64,000 nt of DNA from Eledone cirrhosa (GCA_964016885.1 OZ024745.1:38626001-38690000), one strand, 5' to 3'. Numbered from the stretch's first letter, positions 1 to 12,590 are shown. Translations and numbers: made by a program. Notes: a model not told the origin generated them from the letters alone.

Positions 1-560
1 CGGTCCTCGGTCTATCAAGTTTTTCTACTCTCTAACAAGCTCCTTCATTGCAGCATTGTACATTTTAATCCCAAATGTATTCATTTTGTTCTTCTGAAAC
101 TTAGGTAGTTTGTCTCTATTTGTCATGCTGTTACATAAGTTTTATTTAATTCGCTGACAATGTCTTATGCAATGTCTTGTGCATTGCCTACTAGAATTCT
201 ATTATCATTTTCATTATCCACAGCAGCTTTTTCCCTGTAGTTTTTCTTCACCAATACTCCTATTCTGTTCGACTTCGTCAATTTTCTTGTTGATTTTTTT
301 TTCTTCAGATATGTTATCAATGGTTACTGCCGGTACAAATATTTATATGTGTATCCTATTACAGGCAGACATTTTTGCTGACCAGTTTCCTCCATTCTGT
401 GTACGTTTGTTTTGTAACATTTGATTTTGGGTTGTTTAATGCCATATAGAATGCTGTCATAACATATTTATATCCCTCCCATTTCTATTTTTTCTGATTT
501 CGAGTGTTATTTGTTAGTGTTTGTTCTACTGGCTAGGGATTTCCAGGTTCTGCTGACCTT
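1..560 (-). mobile_element. Degenerate 5' part of a Dong/R4-type non-LTR retrotransposon ORF, running off the left edge
   Basis: Manual minus-strand translation gives EGYKYVMTAFYMALNNPKSNVTKQTYTEWRKLV and, further on, TNRDKLPKFQKNK. These resemble the N-terminal region of invertebrate R4/Dong ORFs; stops are present. Confidence 0.5.
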
Positions 561-1039
561 TTACTGTTAGATGGAACGGCTAAAATGTTGACTTTTTTTA
601 TCCTAGCCTGCTGTATTAATGGGAGATTCGATCCATAGTAACCTGCGTAATGGATGATGCAGTATAATTTAGGAGATTTAGGTATTTTGAACGAATTAAT
701 TCTGTTTTATATTCAAGGTTTTATATTATGGCAAGGTGTTTTATATTCGTATGCTGCACAAAACAGGTTTGCTTACAGAAGCTTAGACGTGTCTGTCCTC
801 ATTGAGGTGTGGTTATCTGCGCTGGCCACCATCCCAGCAGCGTCCGTCTAAAGGAAAAATATAACAAACCCCGGTTAAGGTTTGAGAGCCTAATGTAAGT
901 GATCATTATCAATATATAAAAAAATAATCATAATCATCACCATTAAAGGAATTGTTTTAAATATAATTGTTTTCCGTGATGTGTTAAGATTTGTGTTGTA
1001 GTGGTGATGGTGACTGTTGGGTTGTGGTAATTGTTATTA

Positions 1040-1153
1040 CTCGAGGTTAACTCCAAACCTTCATCCTTACGTGCTCAACAAACCACTGGGGTCGATTTTA
1101 TCCCGTCCCTTCAAATTGCTGTAGACCTTGTGCCAAATGTAGAATTCATTATT
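1040..1153 (+). mobile_element. Degraded SINE fragment (same family as 27568-29125)
   Basis: CGAGGTTAACT..CCTTCATCCTTACG..CACTGGGGTCGAT..CCTTGTGCCAAA..ATTATT matches the body and tail of the SINE copies at 27.6-29.1 kb. Confidence 0.6.
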
Positions 1154-2718
1154 ACTTTGAAAGATGACGGTGTTTTGGAACAGACATAGAACATTCCAAT
1201 ATATTTTTAACGTTATGGGTACAAATTGGGTTTATGGTTTGGATTTCCCATTGACCATCAGCATAGAGTGTGTCGATAGATTGTTATATCATCTGACAAC
1301 TATATCCTACCCATATCTACACCTGTGCCCAATTTACAAACCTGAACTGTAATTTCGTTCTTTTGATGAATCTATTTTGATATTTGCTAAACTTCCAGCA
1401 CACTCGTTAACTTTGTATAAAATGTTTCTGGGTGAAACACTTAACCGTGGGAATGATTCCCAAATCCTGTAATGTTGTATCTGTTTTCTGTTTATTACAA
1501 TATCGCTCTAAAATAAAGAAGTTTGGCTCTGCATTTACCCATATATGTATCCCATTAACCTCTATTTGTTACCCATTAGTTTCTATACTATATTTCCATG
1601 AACAAACTAATACACCTTAGTTTAATTATAATCCCAGATTAAAGCTTCTGCTGCCAATAAAGTAAAGAAAGATTGGAGTAAGTTCAATGAAATGAATAAT
1701 TTTATTTACAAACATGATACCAGGACATTTTATTTGCTGATCTGAAGTCGCATTCCAACTTAACCCCAAAGTCCTCCCATGTCGTACCCATTGACGCCTT
1801 TACTGTCTCTGCTGCGATCTTAATGGCTGACTATCTCCGCTGCTATTCCTCGTGCCTGACTGTCTCGACTGCGTAATAAACATGCCTCAACCACACCTGC
1901 TATCATGAACGCCTCTCCAGAGATGTGCATCCTGATGCTGCTCATGCAGACCAATGAGTAAATGAAAACGAAAGCTTATCTAAAAAAAAACCCCTTGACA
2001 GATGCCTCAAACAAGATATTGCGGTAACCATACAAGAGTCGGAAAGTAATGTGGGGAATCAAATATTTATATAAACTCTTACCATCAGAAGCTACACATC
2101 AACAATATATCAGAATTATGTGGGACCAAATGACAACTATGACTGGTCCACGGATGTGCAATCCAGAAAATTGGACGAATTAAGGAAGAAAATATTGATT
2201 TTGTGTGGATCTTTTTTAATTTTTCTTTTGAAAAAAATGATAATAACTCTAAAATGTTATGACGACATAGATTGGACAAGCAACAAATTAATTTATTTTA
2301 CTATATTTGTTATCATTTGACCTATTTATAGGAATTGAGGTTTAATATTATCATGTGGGTTGGCACGTAGGAAATCTTGTATAAACATGGGTCATGGGGC
2401 GAGAATAATTTTAAACGCAGACGTGAACGTACTCGCCTGACATTTCAGAGAATAGGAGATTTCGATATTCGCAGGAACATTCGTCCACTCAGTTTATTCA
2501 CGGTTAGTTTATATATATATATATAATAGATTAACATTTTATTTAATATTTTGTGTTGCTATTCACGTTGTGATATTTACATGTTACATTTATTCCACTT
2601 TACATTGTAAGCACACATTCTTTCTTACATACATACACATATATAGAACATACATATATACATAAGTATGTGTGAGTGTGTCTGTTTATGTGTATGCAAA
2701 AATACACAAATGCACACA

Positions 2719-2721
<3 letters not shown>

Positions 2722-2812
<91 letters not shown>
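2722..2812. repeat. Compound (TA)n(GA)n microsatellite
   Basis: Direct reading. Confidence 0.95.
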
Positions 2813-2816
<4 letters not shown>

Positions 2817-3642
2817 ACATATATATGGTTTCTTTGTAAATATAATTAAATCTATCAATGGAAGCCATAAACCAAAAGATGGAAGCTGTATTATATGCCT
2901 TAATATGTCCTTTCATATACATTACGTGTATGAAGTATTTTAGATTTATATCCATACATTGCAGAATCTCACGAATATATTCTAAATATTTCTACAACAA
3001 ACCTGAATTTGGATATTTCACAATAGACCGATAGGGAGATCAAGGCTTTTCGATGTAGCATTGTAGTAAAAAAACAAACCCCAAATCAGAAAAACAGGAA
3101 TAAATGATATTACATATTATATTCTTGCAGATGATATACATCTCACAAAGAAATGGATTATTTATCCAAATATAAAGATTGGTGTTATAGAAAACATGAA
3201 TGGGAGCGTTGAAACAGAAACAATTATGTTAATATATGCTTTGGCTATTATAAAAACAAATTGCAACCAAGTACATAACCAAATCCCAATGACTTAGAAT
3301 ATATACAACAAATGGAAAACAGCAACATCAAGAACTGCTTAAATAATCCGGTGACTTTGTTCAATGCAATAGAATCTACAACACCAAAATATAACTGCAC
3401 ATACCCAAATTATACAGAGCAATACTCGGTAATGCAGTAGCAGCAAGTACTGTAAGTAACAATTTTAACAAAATCTCTTAAACATTATTATAACCCAATA
3501 AGAATACAAGGCCGATGCAGTACATTAACAGCAGAAGTATATATTACTGTACACCACAATAAACAATTGTGTACACATGTAAGGAACACATTTCTGTGAA
3601 TTGTGATGCTGTAGAAATATGCATGAAACTGTTGAGCTGCTG

Positions 3643-3726
<84 letters not shown>

Positions 3727-3780
3727 AACAACAACCAGCACCAGCACTAGCACCACCAACACAACCACCACCACTGCTAC
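3643..3780. repeat. (CTA)n trinucleotide repeat grading into (CAA/CAC)n
   Basis: Direct reading; source of the poly-T, poly-S and poly-V ORFs. Confidence 0.95.
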
Positions 3781-3784
3781 GCGC

Positions 3785-4060
3785 CTCGAACAGCTGTGTA
3801 AAATGCTGCTGAAAAGCCGGACATATCTTCCTGGAATCGAACAGTAGGCAGACGTTATGGTTCGTAAAAACTGAATTGTGGCTTTGAGCAACGTTGAGCA
3901 TCTGCCACTCGCTCGTACCCATAGAAGAACTTGTGTTTCCCCATTTCTTATAACAGGTGCCTCAGCTTTGACAATGCATCCTTCGAGTTTCGCATTGAAA
4001 AAATAAAATTCAACCATACACAGAGAAAACCAAGGAATGTCTGCGAATGCCGTAGCTTCA
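3785..4060 (-). mobile_element. Degraded internal ORF2 fragment of a Tx1-like LINE
   Basis: FFNAKLEGCIVKAEA and LLFDSRKICPAFQQHFTQLFE align with FFNAKHEGCVVRARA and MLLDPGQMCEAFQPHFAQLFG in the 51040..51672 ORF. Confidence 0.75.
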
Positions 4061-4149
4061 CTGCATGTTTGCGCATGTACAACCATTGATTGTCGAGTTA
4101 CTCTTGGATTGTGTGATATAAATAGAAATGAGATATTAGGAAATAAGTT

Positions 4150-4503
4150 CTAATATCGGATGTCAATAGCAAGTATGTGGAATAAAGAGATCAGCCTCAT
4201 TCCCGTTATACTTGATGCTTTGAAATCAATACTTAAAGGTTTCTACAACAACTTGGAAAAACTCACCATACTCGAGGCTGTGAGTACCCTTCAGAAGTCA
4301 GTACTTTTAAGAATAACACAGATTCTTCAACAAGTTTTTTTCTCTATTAAATGTGCGCAGAGTCAGTCACCCTCCATGAACTTTATTTTAAGCCTGATTT
4401 TGGATCGCATATTACACAGCTGCAATACCTACAGCTGTGAAAAGGAGATGATGATGATTCTAATAGTAATAATTATAAGAATAATAATAATGACAATAAT
4501 AAT
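4150..4503 (+). mobile_element. 5'-truncated Dong/R4 3' end with (AAT)n-like tail
   Basis: IASMWNKEISLIPVILDALKSI...STLQKSVLLRITQILQQV resembles the C-terminus of the element at 44.7 kb (RIWNCHEVKVIPIVIGALGTI...LQKACLLGTTRTLQYVL); an AAT-rich tail follows. Confidence 0.75.
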
Positions 4504-5801
4504 CTTTAAGCATCACTGATTTTGAAACATGGCAACAATGACATTTCTACACTACTTGCCCTTGATGCATAATGAATAATTAGATATCGGACACGTTTCT
4601 TTGATCTAACGTATTAGATTATGATCTAAATGTGAATCATGAAATATATATTTATTTCAACTGAGTAGTATTGAAATATACCACATCCGCCAACGTATAG
4701 GAGTTGTGGTTAAAACCTTGTATCTGTTTGTATATCCATTTACCAGACTGTAAATCATTGGTTTATTTTTTTATTTATCTTATGAAATTGTTGTTCTTTC
4801 ACATTCTTTACCTTTGAACAATTCTGTTCTTCAGTTAATGTTATGTGTTGCCCAACAATTTACATACGTAGAAAAGCAATGTGTCCATCGATAATTTGAA
4901 AGTCATGGTTTCGGTTCTCACGAGAGGATCTTCCTTTGGTTTAATCAATGCGCACAGCCTTTCATGGTGATAGTACACTTTGTAGTTATTTGAAAACTAT
5001 TAGTTGCGTTTTCGAGAGAAATAATGACCACCACCACGGCACTGATATAATGATGTCATAACATACTATGTTAAATTATTTATATTTCACTGTTATTGCA
5101 ATTAGTTTTCGTTATAAATTCAATGCATCGCAAGAAATAAAACAAATTGTCTCTATGGCCCTATATCCCGGTATAATCTTTCATACTAGAAATATGTATA
5201 TAAATGGAGTAAGGCACGCGTGGTGTTTATTGGAACAGTTCACCTCGTTGTGGATCGAACATTGACCACTGAAAAAATAGTGTTGATATTAAATGTAGTA
5301 ACATTGCCATCACTGGATAAAATACTTTATAAACAACGTTGATTTGCAAACCGGGCTAGTTTTGCTATGACAGACACAATTTCCTGGAAACACTTTATCA
5401 TCTAAAATTGATTTACATCAGTACAGTATCAAATATTGATTTACATAGGGCACCGAAAGTCATAAGCAAGACTACACCAAACATTGAATCAAGGCACCCA
5501 TATCTAGAAACCTAGCTTTTATTCAACCATTCAGTACGATACATTATGATCGAGGGAATCAAATAAAACTCCACATAAGTAGAACAAGAATTGTCGAGTT
5601 ATACAAATAAATATAATCTGCTACATGCACTGAGAAGGATTATATATATTTTAACTATTCAGATGGAAATATAAATAAAGATGAGTGTAGAAAGCGAACG
5701 ATGCAGAGAGAGGGAGAGAGAGAGAGCGAAGGAGCTAGAGAGAGAGAGAGGGAGAGTAACAGAGAGAAAGAGAGAGATTATATATATATATATATATATA
5801 T

Positions 5802-5850
<49 letters not shown>

Positions 5851-6122
5851 CGAACTATTACTGGAATGGAATCAGTCGCGTCGAAATGGAAGGTGAAAAT
5901 GACATTAGATGTATTCAAACTCAGCAGTTAGAAAGAAAGCCGCGAGAATAAAACCAAGCATTTCATCCACAATTTTAGCAATTCCCTCTATAAATATATA
6001 TATATGAAAGGTCCAGAGCTCAGCGGCTAAGCCCTGACTTGTTATAACACACACACACACATGTATAGATATATATATTTACAATTAAATTTGTTTTCAG
6101 ACAGCGAGCGGGTTTGAAAATA

Positions 6123-6297
6123 GAAGATTTCGCCATATTTTTGTCTAAAGATGTTTTAGTCCGATAGTGGGGTTTAGAACCCTCTAGGAAATGGAAAATG
6201 TTGACTATTGAGTACGGCAATACACATCTTTTTCCATTTATTAGAGTGTTCTAAACTCCACTAAAATATCTTTAGACAAAAATACGACGAAAGCTTC
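6123..6297. repeat. ~175-bp imperfect inverted repeat (hairpin) abutting the PLE RT fragment
   Basis: GAAGATTTCGCCATATTTTTGTCTAAAGATGTTTTAGT / ACTAAAATATCTTTAGACAAAAATACGACGAAAGCTTC, AGTGGGGTTTAGAACCCTCTA / TAGAGTGTTCTAAACTCCACT and AAATGGAAAA / TTTTCCATTT are nested reverse-complement pairs. Confidence 0.85.
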
Positions 6298-7439
6298 TCT
6301 TTCTATTATATGTAGATGATATAAACATCGTAGTTAAGACACTCCCACTAGAGAACAGTCAGGAACTAGAGAAAAGCACAATGGAAAGCATCCAGCAAAT
6401 AGCAAACTCCATCCACCAGAGCATTAGAGTTACTATAGACTACCCAAGTAAACACCCCAACCATCGATTACCTGTACTAGACACAGAGCTCTGGTTAGAT
6501 ACCATTAACAACAAAAAACAAATCCTCCATTCCCATTATGCCAAACCCATGACTTCCAAACATCTGATCCACCAAAACTCGGCCATTTCGGACCATACAA
6601 AAATCAACATACTGATTGCGGATTTGCTACGGGTGATGAGAAATGTGTCGCGCATGTGCAACCCCGAAGAACTAGAGAGACACATACAACACTTCATCCA
6701 CCGTATGCAGTTCTCTGGCTACAATCAGAGAGATAAAATCAGAGTGTATAGAGGAGCCAGATCCAAATGGGAACAAATGGTAAATAATGACATAAATGGG
6801 ACCTTCTCCTTGTACAGGAGCAAATTTCGGAATAGAATAGAAATAACTAGGAACAAGGCTAATAGAATAAACTCATGGTATGATAGCAATAAATACCAGA
6901 GTGTAATGTTCATCAATACAACCCCTAGAGGTGAATTAGCTTACAAATTTAGAAGGGCCCTAAATAAACATAAACTCAATATTAAGATAGTAGAAAGACC
7001 AGGTACCTCCGTAAAAACACTTATTAGCAAGACATACCCTTTTCAAAGACCCTCATGTATAGATAAGAAATGTATAACCTGTAAAATAAGCCCCCATATT
7101 AACTGTAAAACTAGAAATGTAGTGTATAGCATAAGCTGTACTGAAGGACAATGTAGAGACAAAAATATAGTGTACATAGGTGAGACAGCTCGTAGTGTAG
7201 GGGAACGGATAAATGAACACTGGTGGGACCTTCAAGATAATAAAGAATCATTTGTACTCTACCAACATGCTAAGATAGAACACAGGGGTAGATTAGAGAA
7301 CGTAGAAATAAAAATAGAATCTACACACAGAAAAGACGCAATGTTTAGACAAATTACAGAGGCAATAAACATAAAAGAATTACAACCAAAATTAAATAGA
7401 AAATATGAGTGGAACAGCAACATCACAACTTACAATTAA
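6291..7439 (+). CDS. Penelope-like element ORF, 5'-truncated: RT C-terminal part plus GIY-YIG endonuclease
   Basis: In-frame KLLFLLYVDDINIV (RT catalytic motif) lies upstream of ORF 6381..7439. The ORF has LPVLDTELW, a thumb region, a Cys-rich linker (CIDKKCITC...C), GIY-YIG motifs NVVYSISC...VYIGETARSVGERINEH and the C-terminal ITEAINIKELQPKLN. Confidence 0.9.
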   Translation, partial: KLLFLLYVDDINIVVKTLPLENSQELEKSTMESIQQIANSIHQSIRVTIDYPSKHPNHRLPVLDTELWLDTINNKKQILHSHYAKPMTSKHLIHQNSAISDHTKINILIADLLRVMRNVSRMCNPEELERHIQHFIHRMQFSGYNQRDKIRVYRGARSKWEQMVNNDINGTFSLYRSKFRNRIEITRNKANRINSWYDSNKYQSVMFINTTPRGELAYKFRRALNKHKLNIKIVERPGTSVKTLISKTYPFQRPSCIDKKCITCKISPHINCKTRNVVYSISCTEGQCRDKNIVYIGETARSVGERINEHWWDLQDNKESFVLYQHAKIEHRGRLENVEIKIESTHRKDAMFRQITEAINIKELQPKLNRKYEWNSNITTYN

Positions 7440-7639
7440 GGACAAAATGAAAACACACACACACATAGAACAAACAACCAACCAATAACATGTAAATAAA
7501 CAAATAAATAAATGAACATAAACACACACAGACACCCGGATGTGGCGCATGCGCAGACTGAGCACACAACACACACACAGAAACAAAATGGCGTAGGACA
7601 GAAGAAAGGAAAGGCACAGAAACAAAGAAAGGAATCCCC

Positions 7640-7684
7640 AGTCACTGAAGAGGTCACAGAGTGTGTGGCGAAAGAACTATGACT
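7640..7684 (+). ncRNA. Minimal type I hammerhead ribozyme (PLE-associated), core intact
   Basis: Stem I AGTCA/TGACT; core CTGAAGA (7645-7651); stem II GTCACA-GAGTG-TGTGGC; GAAA (7670-7673); very short stem III; CUA cleavage triplet (7677-7679). Confidence 0.85.
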
Positions 7685-7892
7685 ATATATAAACAACTAT
7701 CTGGTTGTGGAACCAACCAACCAACCAACCAGAAATTTATGAATTTATAAATTTATAAATATATAATAAATTGAAGTGAAAGCAACTGGTGCGTGTGTTT
7801 CTTATTGGCAACATGACCCTCCCAAAGTATAACAATATCGGTTTCAACACACGATTTCAGATAAAGAATCTTGCTAAACAAATTCAGAAACG

Positions 7893-7934
<42 letters not shown>

Positions 7935-8117
7935 GTTTAGGTTTGTTGGTTCACCACTGGATAGAACTGGTCATTCCGTATGGTCAACCTCGATGTAGTA
8001 TTAGGTAGAGCACTCGACGTATTGCAACTCACCCGTCTTAGTTTGTGTTGTTGGTGGTGCGAGTACAGAGTTAATTATTATAAAACAACAGGAGGCTGGA
8101 TTGGTGTAATTTCTTAA

Positions 8118-8190
8118 AGGTTTATTATGCTATGAACATTTCAATGACCGGGTTCAGTATGGATACGGTGACATCACCAGGTATTCGAAA
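8118..8190 (-). ncRNA. Degenerate hammerhead-like motif followed by AATAAA (PLE-type terminus)
   Basis: Minus strand reads CTGGTGA-TGTCACCG...CGGTCAT-TGAAA-TG-TT...AATAAA; there is one core substitution. Confidence 0.4.
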
Positions 8191-8286
8191 TTTAACAAAG
8201 GAATACAATCCATGCGGCTTAAATGGCAGGGAGATAAGAAGGCGGCCACACATTTAGCAGTTTCTAGTTCGGTCGGACACCTTCAA

Positions 8287-8404
<118 letters not shown>

Positions 8405-10739
8405 GTGTGTGCATATCTATATATATGTATGTATATGTATGTGTGTATATGTGCGTGTTTGCACGCGCCTGCATGTGTATATGTGTGCGAGTCTGTGCGG
8501 GCATATATATATGTATGTTTAGAATCTATTTAGCTATTAACGACTCCACCTTAATGTTAAATAAATCTCCTTTAGAGAAGAAACAAATGAATTATTTCCC
8601 TAGAGTAGATATTGTTTATACATTCTACACTTTTCACAAAAGTCGTTAATTAAACATTTCTTTCTTTTAAAATTATTTATATTCGAAGTTATAAAATGAC
8701 AGTTTGGTTTTTCTTTTATTTCCCAACCCACTTAAGTGCTTAGTGAATAAAACAAAACAAAATAAAAACGAACTAAAAAAAAACAGTTATTAGATATAGG
8801 CGTAATGTTTCAAGCTCATATTTACCAGGTCTCTTTCAAGTATTACAATTTTATTGATATATTTACAAAAGACAATTTAAAATTTTCGTTATATGAAATT
8901 TTGTTCGCGTATTTTATGTTAAATTCTATTTAGATTCACATTTCATGGCTTCGATTAGTGCACATAAGATACCAAATTATACGCCGAATTATTGTGTTCA
9001 TATTATCGCATTTTCTTAGATTGGTATGAGGTCTCTGGAGGATCGTTTATACGGCGTTTCAAATGTGCTTCTTAAAGCTAACCCATCATCACTACACATC
9101 CCCTTACCGTATATTCAACATTTGATGCAACTTCTGAAATTAAGGATCGGGTATCTTCAATGGAAGGATTCAACGATACGGAAAGTAATGGCAACTAAAT
9201 TATACAAATTCGCTATTTAGCAAATAAAACTGTCATTTGAAGACAAAGTCAACAACGGCTTCATAATATAGATTAATATGATTTATTAGTCGTTTACTCT
9301 GCTGATGACATTGTACGCAAAACAGGTTTAAGACTCTCTCGCTCAATGACAAATTCGATTGATCCATTTACATAAAAAGACACAGGCGACTCGTAGTGAA
9401 CACCTTCTATCTAATTTAAGGTAACTTCATGTCGAGGACGCATTAACTTGAAATCAATGGAGACGATAATAACTGAAAACTGACAATAGACAATATTGAT
9501 TCTATGGTTTTTCTAACAAAAACATGTTACTTTGTAGGGGACAAGTTTTATTGAACATATTGAGCATAAATATTCCCTAGCACGTGATTTATCGATTCCA
9601 AATTGATTAAAAACCGAATCTATTTTGTCTGCAATTTAAAATTCCTAAAGTTGAACGATGAAACTAAATGGGTTAATGTATTTATTCCAAAATAACACCT
9701 TTAGAAATGCAAATATTACAAATATATGCGAGAGCTGGTGATGGCCTATTAAACTAGAAAGAAGTAGAATAAAAGAAACAAAGATTATGTAGATTTTTCA
9801 GAAAGCTATGATGTTGCAATGATTTCCTTGGATATCATATACAAATAAAACACTATTCAACTAATTATTAAACATTGCACACTGCCAGAGTTCGTCGTTA
9901 TGATTATCCATTAAATTTCAAATATTTACGCACACTGACAAATATAAACAAGTGAATATGCCTACCCGGGGTTGTAAACGCCCATAGACGCATGTACCAA
10001 ACTTATTCTGGTATAGCAAAAACAAGAAGGTAAACAGTGCTCTATCTAGTGTCAGAGCGGTAATATAATGTTGATTTGTTCTTTCACACTCACAGACAGA
10101 AACACACACGCACACACATAGTCTATCTAGCATTAATAACATTTTCGATTACGATGCAGCCCTCATATGCGCGCGTGTTTGTAGGTAAAATCTTCTTAAA
10201 TGATGATGTGTAAACTAACTGTATGAAAGAACGTACTATGGACGTGCTATGGACGGTCTTATTGCAAATTTCGTCACGCCGGATCTATCCGAGAATTATG
10301 CTCAGCTATTTGAAGTTCAACATCATGATCTGATATTTCGTTGAGTAAGCAGTTGGTAAAATCCTCGTCGAAATTAAAGTAGATCCGTTCCTGTCCTTTG
10401 GTGAAAAGAAATAAATGAGTATAGGAGACAATGTAATCATTTTCATAACAACCATATATTTAATAAGTGAACATAACTGTGTTGAAATGGTGCTGTATAT
10501 CTATATAACGTTGCGAGTGTTTCGGAAATTAGACTCTTATATATACAGGGTAACCTCCTCCTTAATGTTCACATGGAAGTTGGCGGAAATATATACGTCT
10601 ACACGAAGATAAAATATATACTTAGGCACATATAATCCTGCAGTGTATACACTCACACACACGTGAGGATACACCATGCATATATGTGTGTGTATGTATG
10701 TGTGTGTGTGTTGTATGCATTTAACGGTATATCCTTGTA

Positions 10740-11030
10740 GTGAATGCCCGTGGCTTAGTGCCTAAAGTGTAAGACTAAACAACTTTAGATTTTATCAGTG
10801 TATTTCGTGCTTAAGAAATACACTTTATTTCACCTTCCCACAGTTCGCTCAACTGGCGAAAATGAGTTGTACCAGTATTTCAAAGTGCCAGCATTGTACC
10901 ATATTTTATCAGGCTTAAGTACGTGATATGTACATGTGTCTATGGAAGGAACAGCCAATTAGTCGTTAATTTCATGAGTAGAATGTTCCGTTGTTCGAAC
11001 ATGACTCGTTATTGGAACTGAAGTTGGTGA
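10740..11030 (+). mobile_element. Old, degraded tRNA-derived SINE
   Basis: Head CGTGGCTTAGTG (A-box-like); body ACACTTTATT-CAC..CAGTTCGCTCAACTGGCGAAAATGAGT resembles the SINE at 31366-31590. Confidence 0.5.
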
Positions 11031-11669
11031 AGTGTGTATCGGCGTTGGATGAATTATATATTTGCACCTCATTCTAATGTCACGTTTTACGTAGTTCCAT
11101 CAGAGTTACGTCCCTTCGGGGCAAGTTTGCTCACCTTTTTTTTTCCTTTACGAACGTGATAACATATATACCAGGCAGACTATTGGTTTGCATATAATGA
11201 CCGATAACCCTTAAATGTCGTTTCCCATTGGCAATCTCTTGATTGAAGCATGTGAAAAAAAAAAGAAAAGAAGCATACGTTTATATATACACGTACATAC
11301 ACGATATGTTATGGTGGATTAAGATGAAAATAATATTCTGTATCTAACTGATTTATATGTCAATGAAACAGGTTGTAAATATTTTCATCCGTGAAATCAG
11401 TCACAAATTGACCGTGTGATTGGCTGAAAATTCGCATTGATGAATATCTTTCGAACTATTAATGGTACAGCTGCTGATAGATAATGGCTTATAAACCTTT
11501 AATGATTTTACCTACGCCTTGTCACACTTACAAGCAAACGTAATAGCTACGTCAACGTATTTATTTATCTACTTAGAGACACACTTATATATATATATTT
11601 GGTCATCAATTATGAAATTTGTAGAAATTTCGACAATGTTCATACTTGACAAACCAATATATATGTGTA

Positions 11670-11702
<33 letters not shown>

Positions 11703-12031
11703 GTGTATGTGTATGTGTATGTGTGTGTGTGTGCACGGGCATGCGCGTGTGTGCGTGCGCATGCATGTATATATATATATGTGTGTGTATATAAAAGAAG
11801 ATGTACGTCCAAATACACATCGCAATAATAAGTGTGGAATACTCTAACAATAGGGGACATATTGAGGTTAATTTTATTTATAGGCAAACAAGGAGGAAGA
11901 AAACACCTCGGTCAACTTTGGCCAACCTCCAGGGTTAATTGTTGCAATTATCTCAAATATTAATTCTATTGATCACCTATTATATTAAATTCGAGATTTC
12001 TCCAACGGTTTCAAAGTCGTTCGGTGCGTTT

Positions 12032-12120
12032 ACACACACACACACTCACGCGCGCACACACACACACACACACGCACACACTCACACGCACACACGCACA
12101 CACACATATACACACACACA

Positions 12121-12198
<78 letters not shown>
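12032..12198. repeat. (CA)n(TA)n microsatellite
   Basis: Direct reading. Confidence 0.95.
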
Positions 12199-12200
<2 letters not shown>

Positions 12201-12307
12201 TATATATTTTCAAGGGATGGCAACACGAATAGACCTGTTATTTTTCTCTAAAAACTATTTCTCTGATTCCACCCAGCTCGTCCCTTCAATGTTTCTAATT
12301 TCTCATT

Positions 12308-12350
12308 CTTTCTTCTGATGAAGGACTAGCGTCCGAAACGTTTAGACCCT
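12308..12350 (+). ncRNA. Minimal hammerhead ribozyme motif (PLE-type)
   Basis: CTGATGA-A-GGAC-TAGC-GTCC-GAAA-CG-TT: intact core, 4-bp stem II and palindromic AACGTT at stem III; stem I is poorly conserved. Confidence 0.7.
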
Positions 12351-12442
12351 CTTCCTGCTATTTCAAGCGTTAACCTAGTATATTCCTTCCATATACTGTT
12401 CCGAAGGATTTTGTTGTTATTTCTGTTTCCCTTTTACATGTA

Positions 12443-12565
12443 TAGCTGTCGAAACGGTCGGAGTTCATCCGTCGGGGCGCTGCAACTTTTCATGTTACCC
12501 ACTCTACAATTATCGAGTACTCTGGTGGGTTATGGTTCAGCTGGTTTTTACCACATCCTATCTGA
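12443..12565 (+). mobile_element. PLE-type terminal fragment with hammerhead 3' half; homologous to the reverse complement of 31155-31285
   Basis: AGCTGTC-GAAA-CGG-TC-GGAG..CCGTCGGGG..TTACCCAC..GAGTACTCTGGTGGGTTATGGT..TTACCAC aligns with the minus strand of 31155-31285. Confidence 0.65.
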
Positions 12566-12590
12566 TATATATATATATATATATATATAT

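Larger units (their letters stand above)
6291..7830 (+). mobile_element. Penelope-like retroelement, 5'-truncated, with 3' terminal region
   Basis: RT/GIY-YIG ORF followed by a 3' region with a hammerhead motif and AATAAA; the terminal region is homologous to 38750-38932. Confidence 0.85.

Noticed and set aside
1925-1980. CTGATGC-TGCTCAT..ATGAGTA..GAAAGCTT hammerhead-like string
   Set aside because: The core is mutated, a 10-nt gap precedes the GAAA and there is no stem I.
2002-2182. Acceptor-like site followed by a ~50-codon frame (..MWGIKYLYKLL..MCNPENWTN)
   Set aside because: It has an early in-frame stop and no recognisable homology.
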